DNA of 64,000 nucleotides from Ignavibacteriales bacterium. GTDB taxonomy: Bacteria > Bacteroidota > Ignavibacteria > UBA10030. The notes below the pieces were generated by a model. It was given only the letters and a program-made list of their open reading frames with translations, searched no databases and had not been told where the DNA came from. The position numbers and the translations under genes were made by a program. The DNA lies in contig JACPLA010000021.1 in assembly GCA_016186715.1 (NCBI GenBank), positions 640 to 64,639 on the forward strand, read 5' to 3'. Shown here in pieces: positions 9,501-18,231 of this stretch. Numbering within the stretch: the stretch's first letter is position 1; every line of letters begins with the position of its first letter.

Positions 9501-10424
9501 TTAACTTTCGACTTGCGACAGGATGCTTGGAATATTTTCAGCCTTGAGTTTCGAAATATCTTCGTTCGATTTCAGAATACATCCCAGTGTTTCTTCCACG
9601 GTCATCTCGTCCAGCTTGGTTTTCTCAAGCGAGAGAAGGGCAGAAGTCCAATCAAGAGTCTCTGCAATGCCCGGCGGCTTCGAAAGATTTTTACCCCGCA
9701 CTGCTTGAATGAACTGGACGATTTGATTCGCCAACTCTCGTCCGATCTGCGGAAGTTTCTTGTGAACGATGTGCAGCTCCTTCTCAAGGCTTGGATAATC
9801 AATCCAATGATAGAGACAGCGCCTTCTCAAGGCGTCGCTTAACTCCCTTGTTCGATTAGAGGTGAGCACAACGTAGGGTACATGGGTCGCCTTGATTGTT
9901 CCCATTTCGGGGATTGTGATCTGAAAGTCGGAAAGAAGCTCCAGCAGAAATGCTTCGAACTCTTCATCCGCCCGGTCAATTTCGTCGATCAACAACACCG
10001 GCGAAGCATTTGTCGCACTAATGGCTCTCAGGAGCGGTCGCTCCAGAAGGAATTTAGCGCTGAAAATGTGTTTCTCTTTCTCTGCGATACTTGCTTCAGC
10101 ATGTTCCTGAATCTTGATGCTCAGTAACTGCTTCTGGTAATTCCATTCATAGACCGCCGAGTTGACATCCAGTCCCTCGTAACATTGGAGGCGAATGAGT
10201 TCCGTTCCGAGAAAAGAGGCTAACACATTCGCTGTCTCCGTCTTTCCGACGCCAGCGTGTCCTTCTATGAGCAGTGGTCTTTGAAGCTTGAGGAGAAGGT
10301 AGATGGCGGTGGCAAGAGGACGGTCGGCAACGTACTTTCGCTGTTCAAAGCCGCGCATCAAATTGTCAATATCGGAGAGGTGGTTCATTGGATTAAGGAA
10401 TTCTTTAGGCATCGAATTATTCAA
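9501..10424 (-). CDS. coxD: CoxD MoxR-family AAA+ ATPase
   Basis: EGHAGVGKT, RLQCYEGLD, LLIDEIDRAD.EFEAFLLE, RELSDALRRRC. Confidence 0.93.
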   Translation of the reverse strand: MNNSMPKEFLNPMNHLSDIDNLMRGFEQRKYVADRPLATAIYLLLKLQRPLLIEGHAGVGKTETANVLASFLGTELIRLQCYEGLDVNSAVYEWNYQKQLLSIKIQEHAEASIAEKEKHIFSAKFLLERPLLRAISATNASPVLLIDEIDRADEEFEAFLLELLSDFQITIPEMGTIKATHVPYVVLTSNRTRELSDALRRRCLYHWIDYPSLEKELHIVHKKLPQIGRELANQIVQFIQAVRGKNLSKPPGIAETLDWTSALLSLEKTKLDEMTVEETLGCILKSNEDISKLKAENIPSILSQVES

Positions 10425-10426
10425 AC

Positions 10427-11017
10427 CTAAGATGAAGTTGACTTTCCGAGGATACGGCCGAAGAACCGACCAATCACTTTGCCTGTTACACTCAGAACCA
10501 AAGGAAGAGCATTGACAGGCTGAGGGGTAGGTGCAAATGCGACTTCGCTCCCCGTCCCATTTTCTTGCGCCAACTTTGCTTGAAAAGATCTGGTGAACTG
10601 TTCGAAGACATGATTTGACACATCATCCATCATCCGCGAGCCGAACTGTGCAAGCCTGCCCGTTACCGTGATTTCCGTCGTGCCGGTGACTTCCGTTCTT
10701 CCCTCAGTCAACGAGCGAAGTTTTCCCACCATCTTCATCGTGGCGCCGCCGGAACCGCGAGGATCTTGCCCCTTACCAAGAAGTTCAATTTCATGAATTT
10801 GATTGTCGAGTCGTTCGATTTTCACCTCTCCATTAAATTGAGAAGTAATCGGCCCTACTTTGACGGTAATGGTCCCTTTGTACGTCCTATCGTCGATCGC
10901 TTCCGTGATCTGGGCTCCGGGCAGACAGCTTGCGACTTTTTTCAAGTCGCTAAGGAATGCCCACACCTTTTCAATCGGTTGTTTGACCTGAAACTGTTTT
11001 GTGCTGGTTGCATGCAT
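10427..11017 (-). CDS. coxG: CoxG SRPBCC-family protein
   Basis: VW.FL.D...VA.CLPGA, VKVGP, G.LAQFG.RM; amphipathic C-terminus. Confidence 0.9.
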   Translation of the reverse strand: MHATSTKQFQVKQPIEKVWAFLSDLKKVASCLPGAQITEAIDDRTYKGTITVKVGPITSQFNGEVKIERLDNQIHEIELLGKGQDPRGSGGATMKMVGKLRSLTEGRTEVTGTTEITVTGRLAQFGSRMMDDVSNHVFEQFTRSFQAKLAQENGTGSEVAFAPTPQPVNALPLVLSVTGKVIGRFFGRILGKSTSS

Positions 11018-11046
11018 CTTGGCAGAATCCTGACTATGATATGGTA

Positions 11047-11099
11047 ATAAAACAACAAAGAAGATACTGCATCCGTTCGGTTACGGACGCAGCATCTTC
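11047..11099 (-). terminator. Intrinsic terminator/attenuator between coxL and coxG
   Basis: 17-bp stem GAAGATGCTGCGTCCGT/ACGGATGCAGTATCTTC followed by a U-rich tract on the minus strand. Confidence 0.6.
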
Positions 11100-11150
11100 G
11101 ATGAGTACGATGAACTTTCCCTGCTTCTCAGCAGCATCGGATGAGCACGC

Positions 11151-13511
11151 TTACCGTTCCGCTGCGACGCCTTTCTCCTTCAGAATCTGCCACACCTTCC
11201 ACGGCGTCATGGGGATATCGATGTGTCGCACACCGAGATGCGCTAACGCATCGACGACCGCGTTGACAATGGCAGGTGGTGCGCCGACGGTCGCGGATTC
11301 GCCCACTCCCTTCGCACCGAGAGGATGATGAGGTGATGGCGTGCATGTCTTGTCCGTCTCCCACTTTGGAGTCTCTACGGCCGTGGGAAGAAGATAATCC
11401 ATGAAGCTCCCGCCTTGGATGTTTCCCTCTTCGTCGTAGTTGATCGCTTCGTACAATGCGGGCGCAAGTCCCATCGTCAATCCACCATGGATCTGACCTT
11501 CGACAATCATTGGATTGATGATGTTTCCGCAATCGTCCACCGCGACGAACCGGCGTACTTTCACTTCACCGGTCCCGCGGTCAATGTCTACGACACAAAT
11601 ATACGAACCAAACGGAAAGGTAAGATTCGGCGGATCATAATAGGAGACAGCCTCGAGACCCGCTTCCATTCCCTGAGGATGGTTCGTGTACGCCGCAAAC
11701 GCAATTTCCTGAATCGTTTTTGCTTTCTGAGGAGCCCCTTGCACGTAGAATTTTCCACGTTCCCAGACAAGATCTGCCTCACTGCATTCGAGGAGGTAGG
11801 CGGCAATCTTCTTCGCTTTGTCGCGGATTTTTCGAGACGCCATTGCTCCTGCCGCTCCTGCCGTGGGAGTCGAACGAGAGGCATATGTTCCCAGCCCGTA
11901 TGGCGCGGTGTCGGTATCCCCTTCTTCCACTTGAATGTCGTCAACGGGGATGCCGAGTTCTTCTGCAACGATCTGGGCATACGTTGTCTCGTGGCCCTGA
12001 CCTTGCGACTTCGTGCCAAATCGCGCAACCGCTTTGCCGGTGGGATGAATACGAATCTCACAGCTGTCGAACATCTTGATGCCAAGAATGTCAAACGTGT
12101 GGGAAGGTCCTGCGCCGACAATTTCCGTGAAGCTGCTGATTCCGATTCCCATCAGCTCTCCTTTCTTCCGCTTCTCGGCCTGTTCCTTTCGCAGCGCATC
12201 GTAACCGATGATCACTTTCGCCTTCTGGAGCGCCGCCTCGTAGTTGCCGCTGTCATATTCCCAGCCAAGCGCAGATTTGTAAGGGAATTTATTTGCGGGA
12301 ATAAAGTTCTTCATCCGCAATTCCGCCGGATCCATCTTCAAGTCGTGGGCAAGGACATCGACCATGCGCTCAATCGTGTGGACTGCTTCTGTGACTCGGA
12401 AGGAACAGCGATACGCGATTCCTCCGGGGGGTTTATTCGTATAGACACCATCTACTTCCGCAAAAGCTGTCTTAAAGTCGTAGGAGCCGGTTGCGATGGA
12501 GAACAGACCGGCAGGAAACTTTGATGGGTTCGCTGCGGCGTCGGCGTAGCCGTGATCAGCTATTGTCTTGATTCGAAGTGCCTGCATGGTTCCATCTTTC
12601 TTTGCAGCAATCTCGGCCGTGATGTGATAGTCACGAGCGAAGGAATCCGCCTGAATATTCTCCATGCGATCTTCGATCCACTTCACCGGCTTTCCGATCA
12701 GAACGGAGGCCGCCACCGCAATGACATACCCCGGATACACCGGCACCTTTCCACCGAATCCTCCGCCGATATCCGGAGAAATGATCTGAATCTTTTGTTC
12801 ACTGAGGCCAACGTGTCCCGCGACCAGAGCAAACACCGTCCTAATCGCGTGTGGCGCCTGGGTGGTCATCCAAACGGTAAGTTTCCCGCTGATCTTGTCA
12901 AAGCTCGCCACGCAGCCACATGTCTCGATTGAACAAACATGAATTCTGGGGAGGTACATGTCTTGCTTGACTGTCACATCTGCTTCCTTAAAAGCTGTCT
13001 CTGTTGCGGCCTTGTTACCAACCTCCCAATGGAAGATAAGATTGTCTTTTTTGTCTTTCTTGTCGGTTCGGAGGATGGGCGCACCGAGCTCCAGCGCTTT
13101 TTTCGGGTCCACAACCACGGGGAGCGGCTCATATTCTACTTCCACCGCCGCCGCACCGTCTGCAGCAATGTACCGGTCGGTGGCAATCACTCCCGCTACT
13201 TCCTGAGATTGGTACATCACCTTCTCAACCGGAAGAACCATCTGTGTGTCAGACATCAGCGTCGGCATCCAGTGCAGGTTGTATTGCTTCAGCATCTCAC
13301 CGGTTACGACGGCGAGGACACCGGGGATGGCCGTTGCTTTGGAGGTATCGATCTTTTTGATTTTCGCGTGTGCGTACGGGCTGCGGACGATGTCGAGGTA
13401 GAGCATCCCCGGCAATTTGACGTCGTCAACATAATTGCCCTTTCCCTGAATAAAGCGCGGATCTTCCTTGCGCTTCACGCTATGACCCATGCCTTGGATT
13501 TCAGTAGCCAT
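11151..13511 (-). CDS. coxL: Aerobic carbon monoxide dehydrogenase large subunit, form I
   Basis: Active-site motif AYRCSFR; GGGFG.K, QGQGHET, GTYASRS, KGVGES; coxMSL order. Confidence 0.96.
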   Translation of the reverse strand: MATEIQGMGHSVKRKEDPRFIQGKGNYVDDVKLPGMLYLDIVRSPYAHAKIKKIDTSKATAIPGVLAVVTGEMLKQYNLHWMPTLMSDTQMVLPVEKVMYQSQEVAGVIATDRYIAADGAAAVEVEYEPLPVVVDPKKALELGAPILRTDKKDKKDNLIFHWEVGNKAATETAFKEADVTVKQDMYLPRIHVCSIETCGCVASFDKISGKLTVWMTTQAPHAIRTVFALVAGHVGLSEQKIQIISPDIGGGFGGKVPVYPGYVIAVAASVLIGKPVKWIEDRMENIQADSFARDYHITAEIAAKKDGTMQALRIKTIADHGYADAAANPSKFPAGLFSIATGSYDFKTAFAEVDGVYTNKPPGGIAYRCSFRVTEAVHTIERMVDVLAHDLKMDPAELRMKNFIPANKFPYKSALGWEYDSGNYEAALQKAKVIIGYDALRKEQAEKRKKGELMGIGISSFTEIVGAGPSHTFDILGIKMFDSCEIRIHPTGKAVARFGTKSQGQGHETTYAQIVAEELGIPVDDIQVEEGDTDTAPYGLGTYASRSTPTAGAAGAMASRKIRDKAKKIAAYLLECSEADLVWERGKFYVQGAPQKAKTIQEIAFAAYTNHPQGMEAGLEAVSYYDPPNLTFPFGSYICVVDIDRGTGEVKVRRFVAVDDCGNIINPMIVEGQIHGGLTMGLAPALYEAINYDEEGNIQGGSFMDYLLPTAVETPKWETDKTCTPSPHHPLGAKGVGESATVGAPPAIVNAVVDALAHLGVRHIDIPMTPWKVWQILKEKGVAAER

Positions 13512-13543
13512 TGTTCGAATCTCCTTATGTTAAGACGAAAGCA

Positions 13544-14023
13544 TCATTTTTTTTCCGTCGCAATTTTTTCCGCCGCGTACCGAATCGCTTTGACGATATT
13601 GACATAGCCTGTGCAGCGGCAAAGATTTCCCGATATCCCCCATCGAATTTCTTCTTCCGAGGGATGAGAGTTGTTCTTCAGTAACGTGTAAGCACTCATC
13701 ATCATACCGGGCGTGCAAAAACCGCACTGGAGACCATGCTTTTCCCAGAAACCTTCTTGAATGGGATGGAGCGTTCCATTCTTTGCGAGACCCTCCACCG
13801 TAAGGACATCCCCTCCATCGGCTTGAACAGCGAGGACCGTGCAGGATTTTACCGCGCGTCCGTTAAGGACAATCGTGCAGGCACCGCAGTTGGTGGTATC
13901 ACATCCAATGTGAGTCCCAGTAAGGTTCAACACTTCTCTGACAAAGTGCACGAGTAACATCCGAGGTTGAACGTCGGCTTCATTCTTCACGCCGTTGACG
14001 GTCATTTGAATTCGGTGGTTCAT
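13544..14023 (-). CDS. coxS: CO dehydrogenase small (2Fe-2S) subunit
   Basis: [27 protein letters not shown]. Confidence 0.96.
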   Translation of the reverse strand: MNHRIQMTVNGVKNEADVQPRMLLVHFVREVLNLTGTHIGCDTTNCGACTIVLNGRAVKSCTVLAVQADGGDVLTVEGLAKNGTLHPIQEGFWEKHGLQCGFCTPGMMMSAYTLLKNNSHPSEEEIRWGISGNLCRCTGYVNIVKAIRYAAEKIATEKK

Positions 14024-14026
14024 GAT

Positions 14027-14902
14027 TTATTTCCCTCCTTTCGCACGTTCTACAGCTTGGTTGAGCGCGCGAACAGTCAGAGTCTTGACCATAGCTCGTT
14101 TGTACTCTGCAGGACCGCGAAGATCAGATGAGGGCTGCGAGGCTTTTGCTGCAAGGTCGCCCGCCTTCCCCATCAGATCGTCATCCGGTTTTTTCCCTCG
14201 CAATAATTCCTCTGCTTCCTTCGCCTGAATAACCGTAGGTCCAACGTTCGTCAATCCAATGCCGACCTTTTCTATCTTGTCACTCGTATCGAGCGTCAAT
14301 TGAACCGCTACGGCAGCAACGGCGAAATCCCCAACTTTTCGCTCAAGTTTAAAGTACGCGCCTCCGGTCCGTCCACCCGGAGTCCGCACACGAATTTCAG
14401 TAAGTATCTCATCCTGCTTGAGCGCTGTCTCAAACAATCCGGTAAAGAATTGGTTGATGGGAATTGTGCGCTCACCCTTGGCGCCCGTTACTACTACCTC
14501 TGCACCGAGAGCCACCATTGTTGCAGGATGATCATTGGCGGGATCCGCGTGAGCCAAATTTCCGCCAACGGTTGCCATGTTTCTCACAAGAGGATCGGCA
14601 ATGACTTTTGCAGTATCCGCGATGATCGGATACTTCGAACGAATCAGATCGGAAGCATCGAGGTCTGACTCGCGTGTCAGAGCGCCGATCCGGAGAAATC
14701 CTCCCGATTCTTTGATATAGCTCAGTCCATCGAGACGGTTGATGTCAATGAGCATTGGTGGCGTAGCCAACCTTAGTTTCATCATGGGGATGAGACTGTG
14801 GCCGCCGGCCAGAATCTTCGCGTTCTCTCCATGCTTTTGCAGCAGCGAGATCGCCTCGGAGAGCGTTGTGGGCCGGAAGTATTCAAATGAGGGCGGGATC
14901 AT
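14027..14902 (-). CDS. coxM: CO dehydrogenase medium (FAD) subunit
   Basis: GGAGG SD before ATG (MIPPSFEY); AGGHSLIP.MKLR, RN.AT.GGN..HADPA.D. Confidence 0.95.
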   Translation of the reverse strand: MIPPSFEYFRPTTLSEAISLLQKHGENAKILAGGHSLIPMMKLRLATPPMLIDINRLDGLSYIKESGGFLRIGALTRESDLDASDLIRSKYPIIADTAKVIADPLVRNMATVGGNLAHADPANDHPATMVALGAEVVVTGAKGERTIPINQFFTGLFETALKQDEILTEIRVRTPGGRTGGAYFKLERKVGDFAVAAVAVQLTLDTSDKIEKVGIGLTNVGPTVIQAKEAEELLRGKKPDDDLMGKAGDLAAKASQPSSDLRGPAEYKRAMVKTLTVRALNQAVERAKGGK

Positions 14903-15601
14903 TGTTGCCTCCATTCTTCCGTGAGGAGTTAAGTGAGAAAGGTAATACCTTCGGTAGTAAGGAACCTGCGGAATGTTTCCATCGATGTTGATAACGACTT
15001 TTACCCCCTCGAGCGACATCTCAAGAACCTTATCGATCAGTGTGTTCACCTGATCAGTGCCCATCCATTGTAACCTTCTGCGAACCAATAGCGCCGCAAG
15101 TCCATGCCAGGCCGACCAAATCGCAAGAGTTGTTGCTTCAGCATCAGATTGTCGATTTCCATTACGCGCCAGGCACGCCTGAACATCGTTCCGAAGGAGA
15201 TCTAACATTTGGTATGTTGTCTGTTTGACTTCTTCCTGGGAGCGATGTTGGGTGGGCTTCCGCATGATGAACATCAGGTCGTAATACTCCGGATACTTCA
15301 GAGCAAAATCAAAATAGATTCTGCCGTGCTTTCGAAGCCGCTCCAATGGTTCTGCTATCAACTCACGCTGTTGTTGAAACGCAACAAGTTTTTCGAAGGC
15401 ATCTTCGTATAAGTGGTAGAAGATGTCGTTCTTATCCTTAAAGTAGAGGTAAATCGAAGAGGGACTATATTCGATGTGGTGGGAGATTTTTCGGATGGTA
15501 ACGTTCTCGAATCCTTCTTCGAGAAATAAGCGCATCGCGGCATCAAGCACTTGCCTTTTGAATGCAGACTTTTCTCGCTGTTTTCGTTCGTCCAGGCCCA
15601 A
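14903..15601 (-). CDS. TetR/AcrR regulator, in frame with coxM with no intervening stop
   Basis: MG..ERK.REK, LF.E.GFE.VTIRKI...IEYSP.SIYLYFKDK..I. Confidence 0.85.
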
Positions 15602-15619
15602 ATCGAAAAATCCTTTCAG

Positions 15620-15638
15620 AACTGAACGCTGTTCAGTT
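15620..15638. promoter_or_regulatory. Palindromic operator, likely TetR autoregulation site
   Basis: AACTGAAC-GCT-GTTCAGTT perfect inverted repeat between the -10 box and the TetR start. Confidence 0.7.
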
Positions 15639-15645
15639 TCCGCAC

Positions 15646-15674
15646 AGTGTACGATATTAAGAACCGTTTGTCAA
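15646..15674 (-). promoter_or_regulatory. Sigma70 promoter of the TetR-cox operon
   Basis: TTGACA-17 nt-TACACT on the minus strand. Confidence 0.7.
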
Positions 15675-15713
15675 GAGGGAGCTGTGTTTAAGATAAAAGC
15701 GGCAAGCGTTTCC

Positions 15714-16304
15714 TCAGATCCAACCAAAACGGATGAGAGTCTTGTTGACCCGCCAAGAAAATAGAGCTGCCATTCCGATAAGGACAATTGTGAGAACCGG
15801 ACTGAACGCTTGATAGACTTGCAATCCTACAACGATCGTTGTGATTACGATAAACAGGCAGAGACTTGCCAACCGCTTACGGAGGATTCGATGGGGCTTA
15901 AGCTCTCCGAAAAGTCCTTCCGGCACATTGGCATCAGAACTGACGGTCGCGATGAGTGCTTCGATTTTTGGCTGAAGCTTGAAATGAACGTACGAAAGCA
16001 ATATCATCAGTATGAACAAAAGAAGGACTTTTGTCAGCACAACCCAGTTTGCCCACAATGCCTCAATCCCCAGAGGACCGGCGAGTAGCAGTAGAATGCC
16101 GGTAACGAGTGCAGTCCATTGAAATACGTAACAGCGAATTGCTCCGTGTTGAATTATGTTTTCCATGTACCTGTCGGCAAAGTAATGAAAAGATGTTCCG
16201 AGAAGTGCCCGTTCGTTTACCGCAATGAGGTTAAATAGCGGTATCGACATGAAAACAAAGCTCAAGACATGCAAAAACTTTAAGAGATCATAAAGTAAAT
16301 GCAT
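15714..16304 (-). CDS. Hypothetical integral membrane protein (5-6 TM)
   Basis: GAGG SD before MHLLYDLLKFLHVLS; multiple hydrophobic segments. Confidence 0.7.
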   Translation of the reverse strand: MHLLYDLLKFLHVLSFVFMSIPLFNLIAVNERALLGTSFHYFADRYMENIIQHGAIRCYVFQWTALVTGILLLLAGPLGIEALWANWVVLTKVLLLFILMILLSYVHFKLQPKIEALIATVSSDANVPEGLFGELKPHRILRKRLASLCLFIVITTIVVGLQVYQAFSPVLTIVLIGMAALFSWRVNKTLIRFGWI

Positions 16305-16586
16305 TGTAACCTCTTCTTTCTGTGTTAAGCATGAGATGGTAAATAAAGTCGACGGGCTGTTATTGGATAAACACCTAACAGAAAAGGAGGGCGTGGGCAC
16401 CATTGGCTGTCCCAGCCGCCGGCACTTCACCGTATTAGCGTACCCCCTATTGAAAAAGTGTTAGCAGGGTAGATTATGTTGACAATCTAAAACTAGTTCC
16501 GGTAAAATCAAACTCCCGTAAATTCTGTGCGGAGCAAAAAAGAACGAATAACCCACCATCGAACACCGCACCTCGAGTAGACCCCA

Positions 16587-17083
16587 TCACACAGAATAGA
16601 AGCTTCTATCCAGACTACTGTATTGAATGGCTTCGCTCAAATGCTCAGTCCTGATCTGATCACTTCCCACAAGGTCGGCAATGGTGCGTGAGACTTTCAA
16701 AATTCGGTCATAAGCCCTCGCCGAGAGGCCCAGCCGATTCATCGCCGTTTTCAGCAACTCTGCCCCCGCCGTATCGATCTGACAGAATTCCTTGATTTCC
16801 TTCGATTCCATGTCGGCGTTGCAATACAGGTCTTTTCGTTTTTCGAATCTGCCAGTTTGAACCCCCTCGCACGAACAACACGCTCACGTATGGCCGAGGA
16901 ATTCTCGCCCGAGCGCTTCGAGGAAAGCTCCGTGTATTTGACAGCAGGGACCTCGACGTGAATATCGATTCTGTCCAGCAATGGACCTGAAATCTTGCCA
17001 ACGTATTTCTGGATTTGCATCGGAGTGCACATGCATTCCTGATTCGGGTTTCCGTAATTGCCGCACGGACAGGGGTTCATTGC
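16587..17083 (-). pseudogene. comM: ComM/YifB Mg-chelatase-like ATPase, 3' half only
   Basis: Begins at [47 protein letters not shown]; one G missing in a G run near 16862-16866. Confidence 0.92.
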
Positions 17084-17505
17084 CTTTTTGCCATATTCGA
17101 CTTTCAGCGCCAAAACCATCAAAACTGCCTACTGTTCTGAACACTATCGGGGATCACATCAGAAAGCGACGGCTTGAGCTTGGACTTCTCCAGCGTGAGG
17201 TTGCAGACCGTCTCTCTGTCAAAGTCGACACCATTCTCAACTGGGAACACAACAGAACGGCACCAACGCTCCGATGCCTTCCAGGGGTGATCGCGTTCCT
17301 CGGTTACGATCCATCGGATGACAACCCAAGAACACTGGGCGAAAAGCTGATGAAATATGGGAAAAGTTGTGGCATGAGTCAAAAAGAAATGGCGAGCCGG
17401 ATTGGTATTGACGCAACAACGTTGAGCAGGTTGGAGAGAGATAAGGGCAGATGCTTTGATACGGTACTCAAGAAAGTTCATGACTTCTTGAACACGCATG
17501 AGTAA
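17080..17505 (+). CDS. Double-HTH (Xre-like) protein, copy 2
   Basis: [13 protein letters not shown]...[21 protein letters not shown]...NWE...TLGEKL...SQKEMA.RIGID.TTLSRLE; start placed at the TTG at the comM junction. Confidence 0.8.
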   Translation: MPFCHIRLSAPKPSKLPTVLNTIGDHIRKRRLELGLLQREVADRLSVKVDTILNWEHNRTAPTLRCLPGVIAFLGYDPSDDNPRTLGEKLMKYGKSCGMSQKEMASRIGIDATTLSRLERDKGRCFDTVLKKVHDFLNTHE

Positions 17506-17568
17506 CGCTAAATAACGAACGGCAAACAAGATAACACTCGACGTCAGCCTTAGGACCCAGGACGAAAC

Positions 17569-18144
17569 TTAATTACGCAACACTTCGGTCACTTGTGCTT
17601 GCCATGCTTTGATCACTTCTTCTGTGGTCTTAATTTCAGCGCCATAATTTGTCTTGAGATATTCGAGCCCCTCATTGTGGGCTTTTTCGTCGAATGCTTC
17701 AACGCCATCCTGCAAAATAACCAGATTGTAGCCTCTGAAAAATGCATCGGCAGAAGTATGGCGATCACAGATGTTTGTATGTAAGCCAGTGACATACAGC
17801 TTTGTCACGGCAAGGCTTCGCAGGAGTTGGTCGAGACCAGTCTCGAAAAATGCTGAGTAGGTGCGTTTTTCAAACTGATAATCTGGGGGTCCTGGTCTTA
17901 ACTCGGGAATCACCTCCGCGCCCGCGGATCCCTTCATGGCATGCTCACCCCATACACGAAGTTCAAAATCCTCCCTTAAATGCGCATCTCCAGCATAAAT
18001 CACAGGAACACCTTTCTTCCGAGCTTCTGCCAGAAATTTCATGAGATTGGGAATAATCCTATCTGCCCGTTCGCAGCGCAACTTTCCCGTGACAAAATCA
18101 TTGAGCATATCAATAACGAGAACCGCCTCGGGTTTTCTTGCCAT
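17569..18144 (-). CDS. Isochorismatase/cysteine hydrolase (nicotinamidase-like)
   Basis: VIDMLNDF, D.H, WGEHA, KRTYSAF, G..TNIC. Confidence 0.9.
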   Translation of the reverse strand: MARKPEAVLVIDMLNDFVTGKLRCERADRIIPNLMKFLAEARKKGVPVIYAGDAHLREDFELRVWGEHAMKGSAGAEVIPELRPGPPDYQFEKRTYSAFFETGLDQLLRSLAVTKLYVTGLHTNICDRHTSADAFFRGYNLVILQDGVEAFDEKAHNEGLEYLKTNYGAEIKTTEEVIKAWQAQVTEVLRN

Positions 18145-18231
18145 AGGTCTTTCGCTCCTTTCTTTCACGCTATCAACTGTTGTGATCCAAGGTAGTCAAA
18201 GTGGGAAGGTAAATCAAGGACCCTGCTGTAA

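Noticed and set aside
11415..12524. 369-aa + strand ORF
   Set aside because: Antisense shadow of coxL with no recognisable motifs
16470..16489. Short palindrome TAGATT-N8-AATCTA upstream of the membrane protein gene
   Set aside because: Too short and single-copy to call an operator
16855..16870. Programmed frameshift in comM
   Set aside because: Single missing G in a homopolymer of an already truncated gene; decay or sequencing error is simpler
16981..17079. N-terminal extension of the HTH copy 2 ORF
   Set aside because: It is antisense comM sequence upstream of the junction
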